This document shows, piece after piece, positions 63,193-64,000 of a DNA stretch of 64,000 nt; the first letter of the stretch is position 1; each line of letters begins with the position of its first letter. The notes under the pieces were generated by a model, which saw nothing but the letters and a program-made list of their open reading frames with translations, did no database searches and was not told where the DNA came from. The stretch comes from Setoptus koraiensis (taxonomy: Eukaryota; Animalia; Arthropoda). Where the stretch lies: contig CM106586.1 in NCBI GenBank assembly GCA_048013815.1, positions 13,950,001-14,014,000 on the forward strand, written 5' to 3'. The position numbers and the translations under genes were made by a program.

Positions 63193-64000
63193 TCACCAGT
63201 GCATTATTACCAATGTCCGTCGGTATAATCCGTCAGACGGGACAAGTTCAATAATTCGACGTTGAATGGCGCTGGCGTATTTGGCAATAGAAACATTGAC
63301 GGGCCCCAATCAAATGACACTATCAATATGTCAGCTGATTGTGGTCAATTTTCCCTCGTTATCATTATTAAACAACAACATGAATATGAATGATGGGCGC
63401 TATAGTTTCGCGTTGTTTCTCAGCACATTGTGAGAACATTGTAATTACATAAGCCCCTTCAATGGTGAGATGGGTCAAGTAAGGTAGCTCGATGTGTGTG
63501 TGTGTGTGTGTGTGTGTGTTTGTGTACAATTGATTGTTATGAATAATTGATAATAGAACTGAATAGTCGTTTCTCTCATTAAATCACAGCTATAAATTAT
63601 GATTATCGACAATTTAGTACGACGATGGCTAATTATCTCTAATAGTGATTATTGTATTTGTGTGGATATTATTATATATCATGTAATAATGTAATTACTG
63701 TGTGTGTGTGTGTGTGTGTGAGTAATAGTCTTGTGGTATAGGGCTGATCACTGGCCTTTAATCGATCAACTAGCGGTTATACTTTGATTAGATAACTGGC
63801 AACCAATTGAGCGTATGACCAATCAGTGATATAAGTGTGCTGATAGATGGCCAATCATTGCTTAAGTCTTCTTCTTATAATTAGTTTTAATTAGTTATAG
63901 TCATATTTATGCGCCAATATATTCATATATTCACTATATATATATATAAATGTGCTGATTGCTAATTACATAATGCGTTCACATGGCGAGGCCACACATA

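Larger units (their letters stand above)
24300..64000. other. Long tract with no recognisable conserved protein (large intron(s) or cis-regulatory intergenic DNA)
   Basis: ORF-track products are short, low-complexity or GC-biased and lack family motifs. No homeobox, HTGEKP linker or similar was found by eye. Microexons could have been missed. Confidence 0.6.

Overview
Eukaryotic genomic DNA from an arthropod; the compact, intron-poor genes and simple-repeat content suggest a mite (inference). 1-24.1 kb is gene-dense. It holds a pancreatic-lipase-family gene (minus, runs off the left edge), a 2-exon papain-family (C1A) protease with I29 prodomain (minus), a 5-exon trypsin-like protease (plus) and 5-exon troponin I (minus). 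Next come a decayed cyclophilin G (PPIG/Moca-cyp) pseudogene interrupted by a 468-bp hAT-type MITE with 8-bp TSD, a 3-exon ~1256-aa single-pass membrane protein with PAN/apple-like Cys modules, and intronless USP14 and DDX41/abstrakt. From ~24.2 kb to the end I find no recognisable conserved protein. This stretch is rich in microsatellites, 10-33-nt tandem duplications, perfect hairpins and clustered bZIP-type motifs, and holds one candidate terminal exon (58.5-58.7 kb). No CRISPR, rRNA or intact tRNA was seen. No new biological system is demonstrated. Best leads: (i) a ladder of in-frame 5' splice donors in the C1A gene, where intron retention would give an inhibitor-only (I29) protein; (ii) recurrent perfect inverted duplications linked to tandem repeats; (iii) a gene-fragment patchwork at 13-15 kb; (iv) bZIP motif clusters at 49.8 and 59.3-60.3 kb. 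All translations, splice calls and counts were done by eye.
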